A DNA stretch of 64,000 nucleotides, taken from IMG/VR virus record IMGVR_UViG_2903631197_000003, positions 28,290 through 92,289 of that record; one strand, given 5' to 3'. The notes under the pieces were generated by a model. The model did not search any database. It saw only the letters and a list, made by a program, of their open reading frames with translations, and was not told where the DNA came from. Positions 1-10,488 of this stretch are shown piece by piece. This DNA is from a virus. Each line of letters begins with the position of its first letter. Position 1 is the stretch's first letter. A program made the position numbers and the translations under genes.

Positions 1-362
1 ACATTGAATCCGTAATTATCGCTACCCATCATGCTTACAACGGGTCTTGTGAATACAGACACTTTGCCTTTATAGGGTAGCTTCTTGCGAATTTCGTCTG
101 CAAGTTTCGTCTGCAAGTTAATATTCATCGTGCCATCGGGTTTCGCCTTTACGTAAAGGTCTACATACCCATAAGTAGTAAGCGAGAAATCCGAATTACC
201 AGCTGCGAGGTCGTATATCTCGTTCTTAAACTCAATAGACACAAACGAGTTAAGCGAAGTGGTAGTAGTCTTAGGGCGGCCTAAATATACCGCCTCGGCT
301 ATTCCATTAAACGCTTGCACTGCGTCTGCATATATCAGATTTATCAACGGTTTGTCGCTCAT
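1..362 (-). CDS. Putative tail-completion/terminator protein (partial, runs off the window)
   Basis: ATG at 362 just after the stop of the 365..925 ORF; frame open to the window edge (MSDKPLINLIYADAVQAF...); function inferred from position after the neck genes only. Confidence 0.5.
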   Translation of the reverse strand, partial: MSDKPLINLIYADAVQAFNGIAEAVYLGRPKTTTTSLNSFVSIEFKNEIYDLAAGNSDFSLTTYGYVDLYVKAKPDGTMNINLQTKLADEIRKKLPYKGKVSVFTRPVVSMMGSDNYGFN

Positions 363-364
363 AG

Positions 365-925
365 CTAATTTACTTTAATAAATTCAACTGCTGTCCGTTC
401 TACCCAATTTCTTGTTGCAAGTATACCCGTCGTCTGCCTCTCGTTCTCAACAAAACTGGCATATTCTACAGGATAACAAATAACTATGTGAAACAGAGAC
501 CTACTCTTGGGTTTGTAACTCGCATAGAAATTGATGGCATCGTCTAAACCCCATCCTTTGTTCGTCTCAATTTCAGGTTTGTAAACACTTGGTGTTCCGC
601 TATAGTCATTGCGAAAAACGTAATGCCTCTTCGCTCTGTACGACATCTTGCGGAATTTGGCTACCCTTACCCTCGTTATCGCGGAGTTCGGAGACATACC
701 AGCGTAAAAAACCTGCCTTGGTTGTCCGTACATATACAAGCCTACGACGATTGAGTTAAGGAGGTTTCCCGTGAAGTTGTGTGAGCCATTAGCTTTCATA
801 CGTTCATTAATGGCAGTATTGATGATGGCATCACACCATTGCATCAGCAGGATTTCCGTCCTCTTGAATATCTCCTTCTCTAAGGCTTTTGTCAAAGCGT
901 TGGCTTGCTGCCTAATTTCTGACAT
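365..925 (-). CDS. Putative neck/tail-completion protein (HK97 gp10-like)
   Basis: 186 aa; 'NFTGNLLNSI' and 'PVEYASFVE' resemble the TG.L..SI and YA.(F/Y)VE motifs of HK97 gp10-like proteins; synteny. Confidence 0.6.
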   Translation of the reverse strand: MSEIRQQANALTKALEKEIFKRTEILLMQWCDAIINTAINERMKANGSHNFTGNLLNSIVVGLYMYGQPRQVFYAGMSPNSAITRVRVAKFRKMSYRAKRHYVFRNDYSGTPSVYKPEIETNKGWGLDDAINFYASYKPKSRSLFHIVICYPVEYASFVENERQTTGILATRNWVERTAVEFIKVN

Positions 926-1310
926 ACTTCCAGACTATATGAGTTCCAAAGTTACCTGGGGTCTTGTCAAGAACATTGCCAGTTTCAATATAGCCTTTGC
1001 GCCACACGGTTATCATATCCCCTTCGGCAGGGGCGGTCTCTTCCGTCCACTCGTCCTGTTTTATAGGCAATGCGAGACCTCTGTAAGAGGTAATCACATC
1101 TCCATTGCCCGACACAGTTTCTCGGTTATAAGACCGGCATATTCCCTTGTAAATGATTTTTTCGCTTTGCGCATTACCTTCCTCAGTACCGATATTGTCA
1201 GCCATTGGATCGTTATTCAATCCAACATCTTCCATAGGAGCTGAGTTCACGGCGCGAACGATTTTGCACGTGTGAGGAAACCTTGGGTTTATGACATCTG
1301 TTTGGTTCAT
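912..1310 (-). CDS. Putative head-closure/head-tail adaptor protein
   Basis: 132 aa, overlaps both neighbours; position downstream of the capsid and connector genes. Confidence 0.5.
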   Translation of the reverse strand: MNQTDVINPRFPHTCKIVRAVNSAPMEDVGLNNDPMADNIGTEEGNAQSEKIIYKGICRSYNRETVSGNGDVITSYRGLALPIKQDEWTEETAPAEGDMITVWRKGYIETGNVLDKTPGNFGTHIVWKYVRN

Positions 1311-1744
1311 CGTCTTTTGAATGTTCTTACGTTCCTATGCCCTCGACCAACAAAACCCCATTTTGGAGCTATTGATTCAAGAGCCTCGTCGGAAATACCC
1401 CATTTTGATAGGAGTTTACGGGCGAGAACAAGGAACTGTTGCAACTGCTGACGAGACCATATCTCATTTCCTTCGGAATGCTCCCAGTCTGCATCTCTAT
1501 CAGTTACCTTCTGAGATGAAATTGGATTCATGGCTATGCGCTTATAGAGATACGCAACGGTCAAGTCCTTGCCTCTCTCGTCAACCTCTGCAAGGGGTGT
1601 TCTCTCCTCGACGTTCGAATCTGCAAGAATACCTCTCATAACCTTATCGGAGATTTTCGAGTTAGGCACTTGGCTTTGCACGTAATCTTCTATTGTGTAC
1701 GCCTTTACGTCTTCAATTGCTTCTATTTCCTTGTTCTCTTCCAT
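1307..1744 (-). CDS. Putative head-tail connector protein
   Basis: 145 aa directly downstream of the major capsid gene; synteny. Confidence 0.5.
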   Translation of the reverse strand: MEENKEIEAIEDVKAYTIEDYVQSQVPNSKISDKVMRGILADSNVEERTPLAEVDERGKDLTVAYLYKRIAMNPISSQKVTDRDADWEHSEGNEIWSRQQLQQFLVLARKLLSKWGISDEALESIAPKWGFVGRGHRNVRTFKRR

Positions 1745-1758
1745 GACACTACGCTACT

Positions 1759-2910
1759 TTAGAGAGTTGCGGTATAGCAAGTAGCAATACCGATTTCACG
1801 AATGTTAGTGAACACTGGGGCTGCGTAGAGTTCGCAGTCAACGATATTCTGGATAGGACGTTCCTCCCAAGTGTTGAGGATAGCGATACGCTGCTCAACA
1901 AGTGAGTAGAGGTTGCTTGCGTTCATGCCGCCCTGCTCCATACGATCCTTGTAGATGGAGTTCATACACTTCATCTCGAAAGGAACAATACGGCTTGAGC
2001 ATGCCACCATGTTGTGCTGGTCGAACGCCGGTGCATCATTGACTGCCTTACCATCCTCTTCGTGCTGAGACTTGAAGTCGATTACATCGAAAGGCCAGAT
2101 ATACATGTCGTTGTGCATCCAGTTGAGCACGTCCTGCTTGTTCACCTTCACATTGTCTGGGTTGTAGTAGTTCTTAGATGCCACAAAGTTAGCCACTACT
2201 ACTGGATGGCTCAAGAGCATTTCGAGAAGCTTCTTAGACATCTTCCAGTGGTCAACGGTCAGATTAAGAGTGTCGGTCAGATACTCCTGCCAATCCTTTA
2301 TGTCTTTGATAGGGTCAGCAGTATCGTTTGCAACAATCTTGGAACCGCTCTTAACGAACCAATCCTTGCCGTCGTCTGGGGAAACGAAATGGCTATCCTC
2401 GATTGGGAAACGGAAATCGTAAGATGTTCCATCGATAGATACTTCCTTGATGCCTCCGGTCGAAAGAGCCTGCAAGGTCATGTGAGAAAGCTGGTTATGA
2501 ATACCACCAAGCATGTTAGAGGCATTCTGAACGAAGCAGTCAACGAGACTGAGGCCGAACGCATCTCCAGTGAGGCGAGCTACCTTGCGGAGTTCAAGCA
2601 TATCGTCTTGATCGATAGTAAAACCATGGCCTATCTTTGGGATAGAGCCTCCGTATGCATTCCAACCTACGGTATTACGCATCGGCTTAGGCGAGTGAGT
2701 ACCAAGTATAGAAGCACGAACAAGGATAGGTATCTTCTTGTTACCCTGCTTCCACTCGCGGTCATCAGTCGGGCGACCCCACTGTGCGTAACGACGCCAG
2801 ATTGCAGTGTTGTACTTTTCGTTGGCAGTGTCGAGAATGACACCGAAACTTTCTGCGTTAAGGTAGTTGCGGAGACTACCAATCTGATAAAGAGTGTTTG
2901 ATCTTGCCAT
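1759..2910 (-). CDS. Major capsid protein (HK97 fold, lambda gpE-like)
   Basis: 383 aa; 'LQALSTGGI', 'ADPIKDIKDW' and 'LLSHPVV' are typical of gpE-like capsids; follows the scaffold and decoration genes. Confidence 0.8.
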   Translation of the reverse strand: MARSNTLYQIGSLRNYLNAESFGVILDTANEKYNTAIWRRYAQWGRPTDDREWKQGNKKIPILVRASILGTHSPKPMRNTVGWNAYGGSIPKIGHGFTIDQDDMLELRKVARLTGDAFGLSLVDCFVQNASNMLGGIHNQLSHMTLQALSTGGIKEVSIDGTSYDFRFPIEDSHFVSPDDGKDWFVKSGSKIVANDTADPIKDIKDWQEYLTDTLNLTVDHWKMSKKLLEMLLSHPVVVANFVASKNYYNPDNVKVNKQDVLNWMHNDMYIWPFDVIDFKSQHEEDGKAVNDAPAFDQHNMVACSSRIVPFEMKCMNSIYKDRMEQGGMNASNLYSLVEQRIAILNTWEERPIQNIVDCELYAAPVFTNIREIGIATCYTATL

Positions 2911-2926
2911 TGTTTACCTCCTTCTT

Positions 2927-3580
2927 TTACTTACGTTTAGAGAAACGGAAGAAGCAATCATTCTCACGGAGAGCCTTCTTGATGACATCAGGGAGAATAG
3001 GAATGCGACGTTCCAATACTGGAGTGCTGTAAACAGCAAATGCACCTTCACCATCGCACGCAAAAGAATCTTCGTCAACGCAGGTGTCATAAGGAGTAAG
3101 GGCATTAGGAACGACCTTAACCTTCTTTTCTGCGGTTGCCTCAGATAGAACCTTGCCTACCGATATGCCGGAAGGCATCGTGCTAAGTTTCAATACATCA
3201 ACGTCTGATGCACTCGAATCGATTTCAGTCACCTTGGCTGAGTCAGAAGCAGCTACGGAAAGGTCAGAGCCGAGGATAATCAGCTCCATGCCCACCTTTG
3301 CGCGAGTGCCTTCAAAACCTTTGGCTACTGAAACCTTACTGTTCTCGTTGTCTACTGCCTTAACCTCAAAGAGGTAGAGGGGAGTGATGGTGCGCTTTTC
3401 AGCAGACTCATCGCAGTAGACTGGAGTACCGGCAGGGAGCACATTTCCGCTCAAAGGAAGTTCCTTGAGGTTGAAAGTGAAACCGCCGGGAAGCAATGTG
3501 GGCTTCGATTCGAAGCATCGAACCACTCCACCCCAACTTTTCGACCATTTGGTCTGATTGTTCATTGTTCCAGATCTCAT
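2927..3580 (-). CDS. Head decoration/cement protein
   Basis: 217 aa between scaffold and capsid; 'GNVLPAGTPV' motif typical of decoration proteins. Confidence 0.65.
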   Translation of the reverse strand: MRSGTMNNQTKWSKSWGGVVRCFESKPTLLPGGFTFNLKELPLSGNVLPAGTPVYCDESAEKRTITPLYLFEVKAVDNENSKVSVAKGFEGTRAKVGMELIILGSDLSVAASDSAKVTEIDSSASDVDVLKLSTMPSGISVGKVLSEATAEKKVKVVPNALTPYDTCVDEDSFACDGEGAFAVYSTPVLERRIPILPDVIKKALRENDCFFRFSKRK

Positions 3581-3598
3581 AACAAATCAAATTTAAAA

Positions 3599-4411
3599 TT
3601 ACATGAATGATTTCATCAAGTCTTCTTGGTAGGTAGCTTGCTGTTTGGCGTTCTCCTGTTGCTGCTTGATGTATGCCGCTATTTCAGCGGAAACCTCATT
3701 GTTGTTACCTGGAGTTGGCTTACCTGCAAGGGGTTTGACACCATCACCGAAATAACGCTTGTAGCGTTCCTCGTAAGCCCTTTCGGCTTCTTTTTTAAGC
3801 GACTCTACGTCCAGCGTTTCGCCATAGGTAATGTCCTTGAGGGCATCTTCGATAGTCGGTACGCTAAACGCTCCTTTGCCTTTGAGGTATTCGGACAGAA
3901 TAGACTTGACGCTTTTGAGTTCTTGCTCGCGTTGGTCTTGCTTGCTTTTCTCGATGAACGAGTTAACGGATGCTGTTAGCTTGCCTATGACTCCATCTTC
4001 TTTTGTAAGCCCCGCAAGAGCTTCAGCCACAGCGTTGGCGATTTTCTCGTCGACAGTTTTTGTCTCGTCGGGCTTTGGCTCAGGCTTTGGTGCCGGATTA
4101 GTTTTCAGATAATCCTCGATAGCCTTCTTCTTAGCCTCCTCGATTTGTTTCTGTACTTCAGCCTCGTGCTTGGCATTAAACTCTGCCGCATACTTCTCTG
4201 TGAAGATTTTGTCATCGTGACGTTTCTGTCCAGCAAACGTTGAAAGGATGTTGACTGGTTGCGTCCACGTGTCATCCGTTATCTTGCTGTCGTCAGCAAA
4301 GGCCGGAAGAAACATATCCACAAAAGCACTGAAAGTTTGGTCGCTGATTGCACTTGACTTGTCGTCTCCAAGTTTTGTGCGAAGTTTTTGAATGACAATT
4401 TCTTTGTCCAT
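3599..4411 (-). CDS. Putative capsid scaffolding protein
   Basis: 270 aa, K/E/A-rich and helical with a PKPEPKP linker; first gene of the head operon. Confidence 0.65.
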   Translation of the reverse strand: MDKEIVIQKLRTKLGDDKSSAISDQTFSAFVDMFLPAFADDSKITDDTWTQPVNILSTFAGQKRHDDKIFTEKYAAEFNAKHEAEVQKQIEEAKKKAIEDYLKTNPAPKPEPKPDETKTVDEKIANAVAEALAGLTKEDGVIGKLTASVNSFIEKSKQDQREQELKSVKSILSEYLKGKGAFSVPTIEDALKDITYGETLDVESLKKEAERAYEERYKRYFGDGVKPLAGKPTPGNNNEVSAEIAAYIKQQQENAKQQATYQEDLMKSFM

Positions 4412-4469
4412 TATGAAAAAATTTAAGCGTTAATAAATTTTCGGCTTCTACCACCGATGTTTACTATCG

Positions 4470-4477
4470 CAAAAGTA
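4470..4477 (-). promoter_or_regulatory. Bacteroidetes sigma-A -7 element (TACTTTTG) for the head operon
   Basis: Matches TAnnTTTG on the minus strand about 60 nt upstream of the scaffold gene. Confidence 0.55.
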
Positions 4478-4561
4478 TCAAAATGAGAAAAGTGAAAAAT
4501 ATTTGCTATGTAAAAAATGCAAGTTTTATATGCAAAAAACTTATTATAAGCATTTTAAGGC

Positions 4562-4569
4562 TACTTTTG
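4562..4569 (+). promoter_or_regulatory. Bacteroidetes sigma-A -7 element (TACTTTTG) for the terminase-portal operon
   Basis: Matches TAnnTTTG about 20 nt upstream of the terminase ATG. Confidence 0.55.
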
Positions 4570-4590
4570 TGCGAATTAATTTAAAAATTT

Positions 4591-7332
4591 ATGGAAAAAT
4601 TCTCAGGTTTGTTTACTGAAGCAAGACAACCTATCCTGACTGCGGAATACGTCGAGAAACTACGTGCCGAAAATGAAGGGAAGAAAAAGTCAAATTGCTT
4701 CATTGCTCAGAAAGGCGCACAAGAAACAGACCTCCATACAAATGTTGACATTCTCGTTACGGGAGGAAACCGTGGAGGTGGTAAGGCAAATCCAAAGTAT
4801 ACGCCGGTGGCTGTACCTAACGGATTTAAAAAACTTGGCGATCTTGAAATAGGTGATGAGGTATGTACCCCCTATGATGGAATACAAAAGGTGTCGGGTA
4901 TATACGATCAAGGTTACAACAGGACGTACATGTTTTATTTTGATGATGGTACGTCTGTATCGTGCATGGATAACCATAGATTCCTCGCAAGGATTGGAGA
5001 CTATGGGAAATTCCAAGTTATGAATGCGAGGGAAATAATGCAAAACTACAAAATCGATGCCAAGCCTCCTTTTTCGCTGAGGAAAAAGGCAGTAGGTTTT
5101 GTGGAAATTCCTCTTTGTGGAGAAGTAATTTTCAACGAAGCAATAGATCCCATAGAACTTCCCTTGCACCCTTACATTCTTGGCCTCGCAAGCGGTTCGG
5201 GACGAATGTGGTTTTCAAACAAAGGGCTTCTGCTAACAAGGTCAAAATGGGACATCGGATGTCTTGGTGCCTTGGGTTATCGCGCAAAATACAATAGGGA
5301 TAATGGTTTTTACTACCTTCGCGGCCTTACTTGTGAAAACAGAAGGAAAATTACCCTAAGACGTGTAGAGCAAGATTCCTTTATTCCGGATATGTACATG
5401 TACTCGTCCGTACAGTCTCGATGGTGCTACCTTCAAGGTGTATGGAGAGTGTCTGGAAAGATGAAAAACAGACACCCCTATATTGCCCTCCCAAACAAGA
5501 AGTATATCCAGCAAATTGCTGAGATGCTTCGTTCACTTGGAGGCTGGGTAAAGATGACCGAGGTAACTGACGACCCTGAAAAAATCGGGTGGTGGCAGTT
5601 AGCTATAATAATGCCCGATGACAGGAAATTCTTTGCCAACGAAAAGATAAAGGAAAAAGCTAACGAAAACGCAATCATTCCCAAATCACCCCAATCTGCC
5701 AACATCCTCACCAAGAAATTATTGTATATCACCAAGACGTTAAACGTTAATGACTGTAGATGTATTGAGGTTACAGGGAGGGATCATCTATATATGACTA
5801 AGGATTACGTTGTTAACCACAACACCGTTACGATGTTGATGAAGCCGATATATGATATTGACAAAAAACATTTTAATGGAATTATCTTTCGAAAAAACAA
5901 GGATGACTTCGCAAATATTGAAAATGAAAGTATAAGGTGGTTTGACAAACTCGGAAAATACAACAAGTCAAAAGATGATATGACATGGAATTTTAAGTCT
6001 GGGGCAAAATTAAAACTCAGTACTTACGATATGACATATCCTGATTTCGACGTTAAGTACCGAGGCCAACAATTTGCCTATATAGGTATCGACGAGTTGC
6101 CGCAGATGCCTTTCGAGTTTTTCAAGTTTATCATGACGTGTAGCCGAAACACTATCGGAGTTCGTTCGCAGATACTTGGTACTTGTAATCCAGACCCGCT
6201 GAGCTGGTTGCGCAAATTCTTGGACTGGTGGATAGGCAAAGAAGATACCATTTACTCTGACGGACTTAAACACCCCGAACTAAAAGGATATATTATCCCC
6301 GAAAGAGATGGTGTGATACGATACTGTTATATGCCGACAGAATCGGTAGACGATATTGTATGGGGTGATACCCCAGAGGAAGTCTACGACCAGTGCCGAG
6401 AAACAATCGACGCTGCTTGGGACGACTCTCTTGAAGAATTTGGATATGACAAAAAAACGTTTGCCATAAAGTCTGTTACATTTGTCAAGGCCGCATTATA
6501 TGACAACAGGGCTTTGCTTAGAGAAGACCCTGCGTACATAGCAAACCTTCTCAACCAGCCTCTTGATGTAAGGATGAGGGAGTTTGACGGAAACTGGGAC
6601 GTTATAAAAATTAGCGACGACCTTATCAAGAGCCAACATTTTGATAAGATTTTCCAAAACGCCCAGATGCTTGGAGATAAGGTTAGACGGGCTACATGTG
6701 ACGTAGCCGGCGATGGTGGCGACAACTGCGTAACGTGGTTTTGGATTGGTTGGCATGTAGTTGACGTATTCGTATGTAGGCGAGACCCTTATTCTACCGC
6801 CTCTATCCTAAAGGCCAAGCTATTGGAATGGGGCGTGCTTGAAGAGAATTTCGCCTACGATCTTAATGGTATGGGACAAGTGCTCAAGGGTGCATTCCCG
6901 CGAGCCATACCTTTTAACAATCAAGAGGCAGTAGAGAAAAAATTCAAGTATATGTACGACAACGTAAAGTCGCAGTGCGCCTACATGTTCTACGAGGCCA
7001 CCATTACTGCGGCATGGAGTATGGAGACATCTTTGCTTGAAAGGATGTATATTGTCGGCAAAAGTAAAATGAAGCTCTATGCGATACTACAGCAAGAACG
7101 AAAGGCTATCAAAAAAGACGAGAGCAAGGAGGATAGAGGATGGTGTCTCATACATAAGGAAATGATGAAAAACAAGCTGCTTGTAGGACACTCCCCTGAC
7201 TTCATTGAAGGATTACTTATAAGATGGGTATTTGAACTAAAGAAGCGCACGGTGGAAATTCCCAAATGGTGTAAACCAAATGCCAGGAATGGAAACATTT
7301 TAGTAAGAAGAATAGGATTCAAACGTGTTTAA
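4591..7332 (+). CDS. terL: Terminase large subunit containing an intein
   Basis: Walker A GGNRGGGK|T split by an intein, Walker B YIGIDE, coupling motif GTCNP, nuclease motifs TCDVAGDGGD and HSPDFIE. Confidence 0.92.
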   Translation: MEKFSGLFTEARQPILTAEYVEKLRAENEGKKKSNCFIAQKGAQETDLHTNVDILVTGGNRGGGKANPKYTPVAVPNGFKKLGDLEIGDEVCTPYDGIQKVSGIYDQGYNRTYMFYFDDGTSVSCMDNHRFLARIGDYGKFQVMNAREIMQNYKIDAKPPFSLRKKAVGFVEIPLCGEVIFNEAIDPIELPLHPYILGLASGSGRMWFSNKGLLLTRSKWDIGCLGALGYRAKYNRDNGFYYLRGLTCENRRKITLRRVEQDSFIPDMYMYSSVQSRWCYLQGVWRVSGKMKNRHPYIALPNKKYIQQIAEMLRSLGGWVKMTEVTDDPEKIGWWQLAIIMPDDRKFFANEKIKEKANENAIIPKSPQSANILTKKLLYITKTLNVNDCRCIEVTGRDHLYMTKDYVVNHNTVTMLMKPIYDIDKKHFNGIIFRKNKDDFANIENESIRWFDKLGKYNKSKDDMTWNFKSGAKLKLSTYDMTYPDFDVKYRGQQFAYIGIDELPQMPFEFFKFIMTCSRNTIGVRSQILGTCNPDPLSWLRKFLDWWIGKEDTIYSDGLKHPELKGYIIPERDGVIRYCYMPTESVDDIVWGDTPEEVYDQCRETIDAAWDDSLEEFGYDKKTFAIKSVTFVKAALYDNRALLREDPAYIANLLNQPLDVRMREFDGNWDVIKISDDLIKSQHFDKIFQNAQMLGDKVRRATCDVAGDGGDNCVTWFWIGWHVVDVFVCRRDPYSTASILKAKLLEWGVLEENFAYDLNGMGQVLKGAFPRAIPFNNQEAVEKKFKYMYDNVKSQCAYMFYEATITAAWSMETSLLERMYIVGKSKMKLYAILQQERKAIKKDESKEDRGWCLIHKEMMKNKLLVGHSPDFIEGLLIRWVFELKKRTVEIPKWCKPNARNGNILVRRIGFKRV
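4786..5823 (+). mobile_element. Intein (346 aa, Ala-start) with degenerate LAGLIDADG homing endonuclease, inserted in the TerL Walker A
   Basis: Starts ANPKYTPV...GDLEIGDEV after GGGK; block B SCMDNHRF; ends CRCIEV...HLY...VVNHN|T; central PYILGLASGSG and YLQGVWRVSG are LAGLIDADG-like helices. Confidence 0.88.
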
Positions 7333-7344
7333 AATGTAATCATA

Positions 7345-9096
7345 ATGGAAAATATCGAAAAATTCAAGGTTGGCGAGCTTCTTGTTAAGAAACCGTTCTT
7401 TCGTACTATCTCCACAGGAGTGTACGATCACCCAGTCATATCGGGTAAGTTGAATATGGCTCCCGTACCGAACGACAACGTTGAAAGGAAACTTGTGACA
7501 CAAGAGGATTTTCTTAGGGAACTTGATCCACTAGGCCATGCCATAAATAACAGGGAATTATTTCCTGATATATGGAGGCAGAATGAAGAAGATGGCAAAT
7601 GGTACATAGAAGAGATTCCAAGATACGCTATCTCTTACGAACTCATTATTCTCACCAAACACCTCACGCACTTATGTGGAAATGACGTGCGCTTTGAATT
7701 ATCCGACAAGAAGGTTACTGACGAGACTAACGAAATTTACAATAATTTCGTACTCGGCTGGGCTAACAAGAATATGGAGATAGCATGGTATAAACTATGC
7801 AAGTCGGTAAAATCAACTGGAGATGGAGCTATCATAGGGTTCCTCGATAATGGCAAGTTTGGCTGGAAGGTCTTGTCTTTCGCTAATGGAGATATTCTAT
7901 ACCCGCACTACGACAAATATACTGGGAAACTGAAATATTTCGCTCGTAAGTTCTCGGAATATGACGAAACAGGTGTACAGCTAAAAGAGTATGTGGAGGT
8001 TTGGGATGATACCAACTACTACAGGTTTGCAAATAACGCAAAAGCAAATAACATAGTAGACAAGGTTAAGAACTTATTTAAAGTATCGGGCTTTGAGCTT
8101 GAAGAGTCGCGCAGACATGGATTTGAAATGATACCTGTCGCATATTATAGGGATGATTTCGGACCGTGCTGGACTTTCTCTCAGGAAACTATAGAGAATT
8201 ACGAGATTGCATTCAGCAACCTTGCGCAGAGCAACCACGACTTTGGACTGCCTATTATGTACCTTAAAGGCGAAGGCTCTGAGGAAGTATCTTCAAGGGA
8301 TCTCTCCTACGCTTCCAAGATTATGCTACTTCCGACCGATGGAGAAATAGGATTTGTCAACAAACAAGATGCCTCCGCCGCGTACAAAACAGAGATAGAC
8401 AAGCTGGAGGAACTGATTTACAAGCAGTCATTTGCCGTAAAAACTCCTGAGTTAAAGTCTGGAGACACACCAGGCGTATCTCTGAAAATTATGTATTCTG
8501 ATGCTTATGAAAAGGCAATGATTGACTCAAACGAGTACGATGAGGTACTTGACACACTTGTGGATATATATTCTTTTGGCTACGGTGTTGAAAGCGGAAA
8601 TCAGCTTGCGTTCAGGAATACTAATATCCGTCACTACATAGAGCCGTATATCCACAGAAATGAAACTGAACTTACAACCAACCTTAACACCTCGGTTGTT
8701 GGAGGTTTCTTATCTAAGCAGACTGCCTCTGAGAAATCTCCTTATGCTACTCCTAACGAATGGGAGCGTATACAACGAGAGAATAAGGAGGAACAGCAGC
8801 ATGAGCTTCTTCTCCAAGAGGAAAAAGTCAATATCCAAAATGACGCTAACGTGGAGATGCAGGAACAATTGGCTGATATTGAGGTGCAGAAGGAAGAGAA
8901 GATTATTCAGGCACAAGAAACTACTACGGCCACAGAAGACAACGGCAAGACAAAACCCAAGGTAAGTCGAAAGAGAAAGTATTCCGTGGCTACCGGACGC
9001 GGCGCAGGCAGGCCCAACAAAAGCGGGCGCAAGTACGACGAAAACGGAAATTGGGAAGGTCGGCAGAATTGGGATAACTGGAATAATACGCATTGA
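7345..9096 (+). CDS. Portal protein (SPP1 gp6-like)
   Basis: 583 aa after terL; 'HGFEMIPVAYYR', 'PGVSLKIMY' and 'GGFLSKQTA' resemble SPP1-type portal motifs. Confidence 0.82.
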   Translation: MENIEKFKVGELLVKKPFFRTISTGVYDHPVISGKLNMAPVPNDNVERKLVTQEDFLRELDPLGHAINNRELFPDIWRQNEEDGKWYIEEIPRYAISYELIILTKHLTHLCGNDVRFELSDKKVTDETNEIYNNFVLGWANKNMEIAWYKLCKSVKSTGDGAIIGFLDNGKFGWKVLSFANGDILYPHYDKYTGKLKYFARKFSEYDETGVQLKEYVEVWDDTNYYRFANNAKANNIVDKVKNLFKVSGFELEESRRHGFEMIPVAYYRDDFGPCWTFSQETIENYEIAFSNLAQSNHDFGLPIMYLKGEGSEEVSSRDLSYASKIMLLPTDGEIGFVNKQDASAAYKTEIDKLEELIYKQSFAVKTPELKSGDTPGVSLKIMYSDAYEKAMIDSNEYDEVLDTLVDIYSFGYGVESGNQLAFRNTNIRHYIEPYIHRNETELTTNLNTSVVGGFLSKQTASEKSPYATPNEWERIQRENKEEQQHELLLQEEKVNIQNDANVEMQEQLADIEVQKEEKIIQAQETTTATEDNGKTKPKVSRKRKYSVATGRGAGRPNKSGRKYDENGNWEGRQNWDNWNNTH

Positions 9097-9998
9097 TTAT
9101 GTCGGAAGTAACTATAACGCTTGACACAAGGCTTTATCAACCTCCTACGGCGAAAGACATTACGGAAGGAAAGCAGTATGTCCTTAAACGCAATGCCAAC
9201 GCCAACGAGTTAAAGAAAACCATCGACGGCATTCTAATGAATGCTGTCGGTGAGATTTTCGAGCTTATTTACAAATATCCACAAAAAGGGAAAAACCTCT
9301 CATTCAGCGAAAACAAAACGCTGGAAGAAGAGGTGCAGGAAGTCCTTGACGATGCTGAGCAGGAGATATATGAGCTTATACAATCCTATGCCCTTAATTG
9401 TACAGAGGATGAGAAATTCAAGAATATGCTCCTTCTTTACATCCTCTCGCTTGGACGCGGTAATAGAAACTTGCGGACTACCCTTCATACATATATGAAA
9501 CGTTTTATGTACGACATCGAGGCTTTGGCCGCTGCTTACACAAACAAGGGTTATTCGTACACGACTGCTGTTACAAAAGCCAAAACCTCCATACATAGTG
9601 TTTACACACAACCGGAAGTAAAGGAGGCATTTTCCGTGCCTGGAATGAAGGCCATATATATTGCAAGCAAAGGAATACACTACGACTTTGAGACCGGCAA
9701 AGGAACAAGGGGTATTTCTAACAACGGCATTATAAATGTCATAATGATGGCAGAAGCCACCGTTCACATGGCATGGATGCGTGCTGAAGGGCTGGAGTTT
9801 GAACAAAAGGGTGCGGCAGGATATTACCAATTAAGGGGTAGTAACTATCCATGTGCTGCGTGCGATGAGCAAGTAGGCTTCCATAAGGGCATTGAGGGGA
9901 TATACACCGACCCGCTGGTGCATCTTCACTGCTGCTGCTACAGAATACCTATATATCCACAAAACAATTTTACGAATGGAATTATCAACATCATTTAA
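9093..9998 (+). CDS. Minor head/head-morphogenesis protein (SPP1 gp7/MuF-like)
   Basis: 301 aa after the portal; C-terminal 'PCAAC...PLVHLHCCC' matches the C..C / HP.C.C motif. Confidence 0.7.
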   Translation: MIMSEVTITLDTRLYQPPTAKDITEGKQYVLKRNANANELKKTIDGILMNAVGEIFELIYKYPQKGKNLSFSENKTLEEEVQEVLDDAEQEIYELIQSYALNCTEDEKFKNMLLLYILSLGRGNRNLRTTLHTYMKRFMYDIEALAAAYTNKGYSYTTAVTKAKTSIHSVYTQPEVKEAFSVPGMKAIYIASKGIHYDFETGKGTRGISNNGIINVIMMAEATVHMAWMRAEGLEFEQKGAAGYYQLRGSNYPCAACDEQVGFHKGIEGIYTDPLVHLHCCCYRIPIYPQNNFTNGIINII

Positions 9999-10488
9999 AA
10001 AAATAGCCAAGCAGTTCGGTGCATCCGAACAACAGCTTTTGATGGCCGACCTGATAGCCATCGGTTACTCGGAAAACGATGCTTTTAACATCGCGCACCC
10101 AGAGAACATTACATACACTATACAGCAAAACAACAATTTGCGTCAGAATATAGTGAAGACTCAGAAATTCAGAAGTCTCGTGGCAGAGAGAAAGGATGTC
10201 ATACGTAACAGGATTGGAGATCCCACCTCTGAAGACATCCAACTGATTGGCACAGACGAGGTGGCGAAAGAAATTCTTCGATCTGCATACGGACAACCTT
10301 CTGGCTCAAAAGAAAGAGCCGACCTCATGGCGAAATATCAGGAAATAGTTAAGAAGAATGAGCAGTCTGACGAGAACAAGGAGCAATTCCTTATGTTCTA
10401 TTTCCCTGTATGCTGCGACAAATGTCCACTAATGACCGAATATAAGGAGAAAAAGAAAGATGAAAGACTGGAAAGGAAACAAGAATAG
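9976..10488 (+). CDS. Hypothetical protein, possibly terminase small subunit-like
   Basis: Likely start MELSTSF; helical N-terminus and C-terminal CxxCP; located in the packaging operon. Confidence 0.4.
   Translation: MELSTSFKKIAKQFGASEQQLLMADLIAIGYSENDAFNIAHPENITYTIQQNNNLRQNIVKTQKFRSLVAERKDVIRNRIGDPTSEDIQLIGTDEVAKEILRSAYGQPSGSKERADLMAKYQEIVKKNEQSDENKEQFLMFYFPVCCDKCPLMTEYKEKKKDERLERKQE

Noticed and set aside
92..117. 13-nt tandem duplication TTTCGTCTGCAAG
   Set aside because: The reading frame of the host gene stays open and there are only two copies; no evidence of function.
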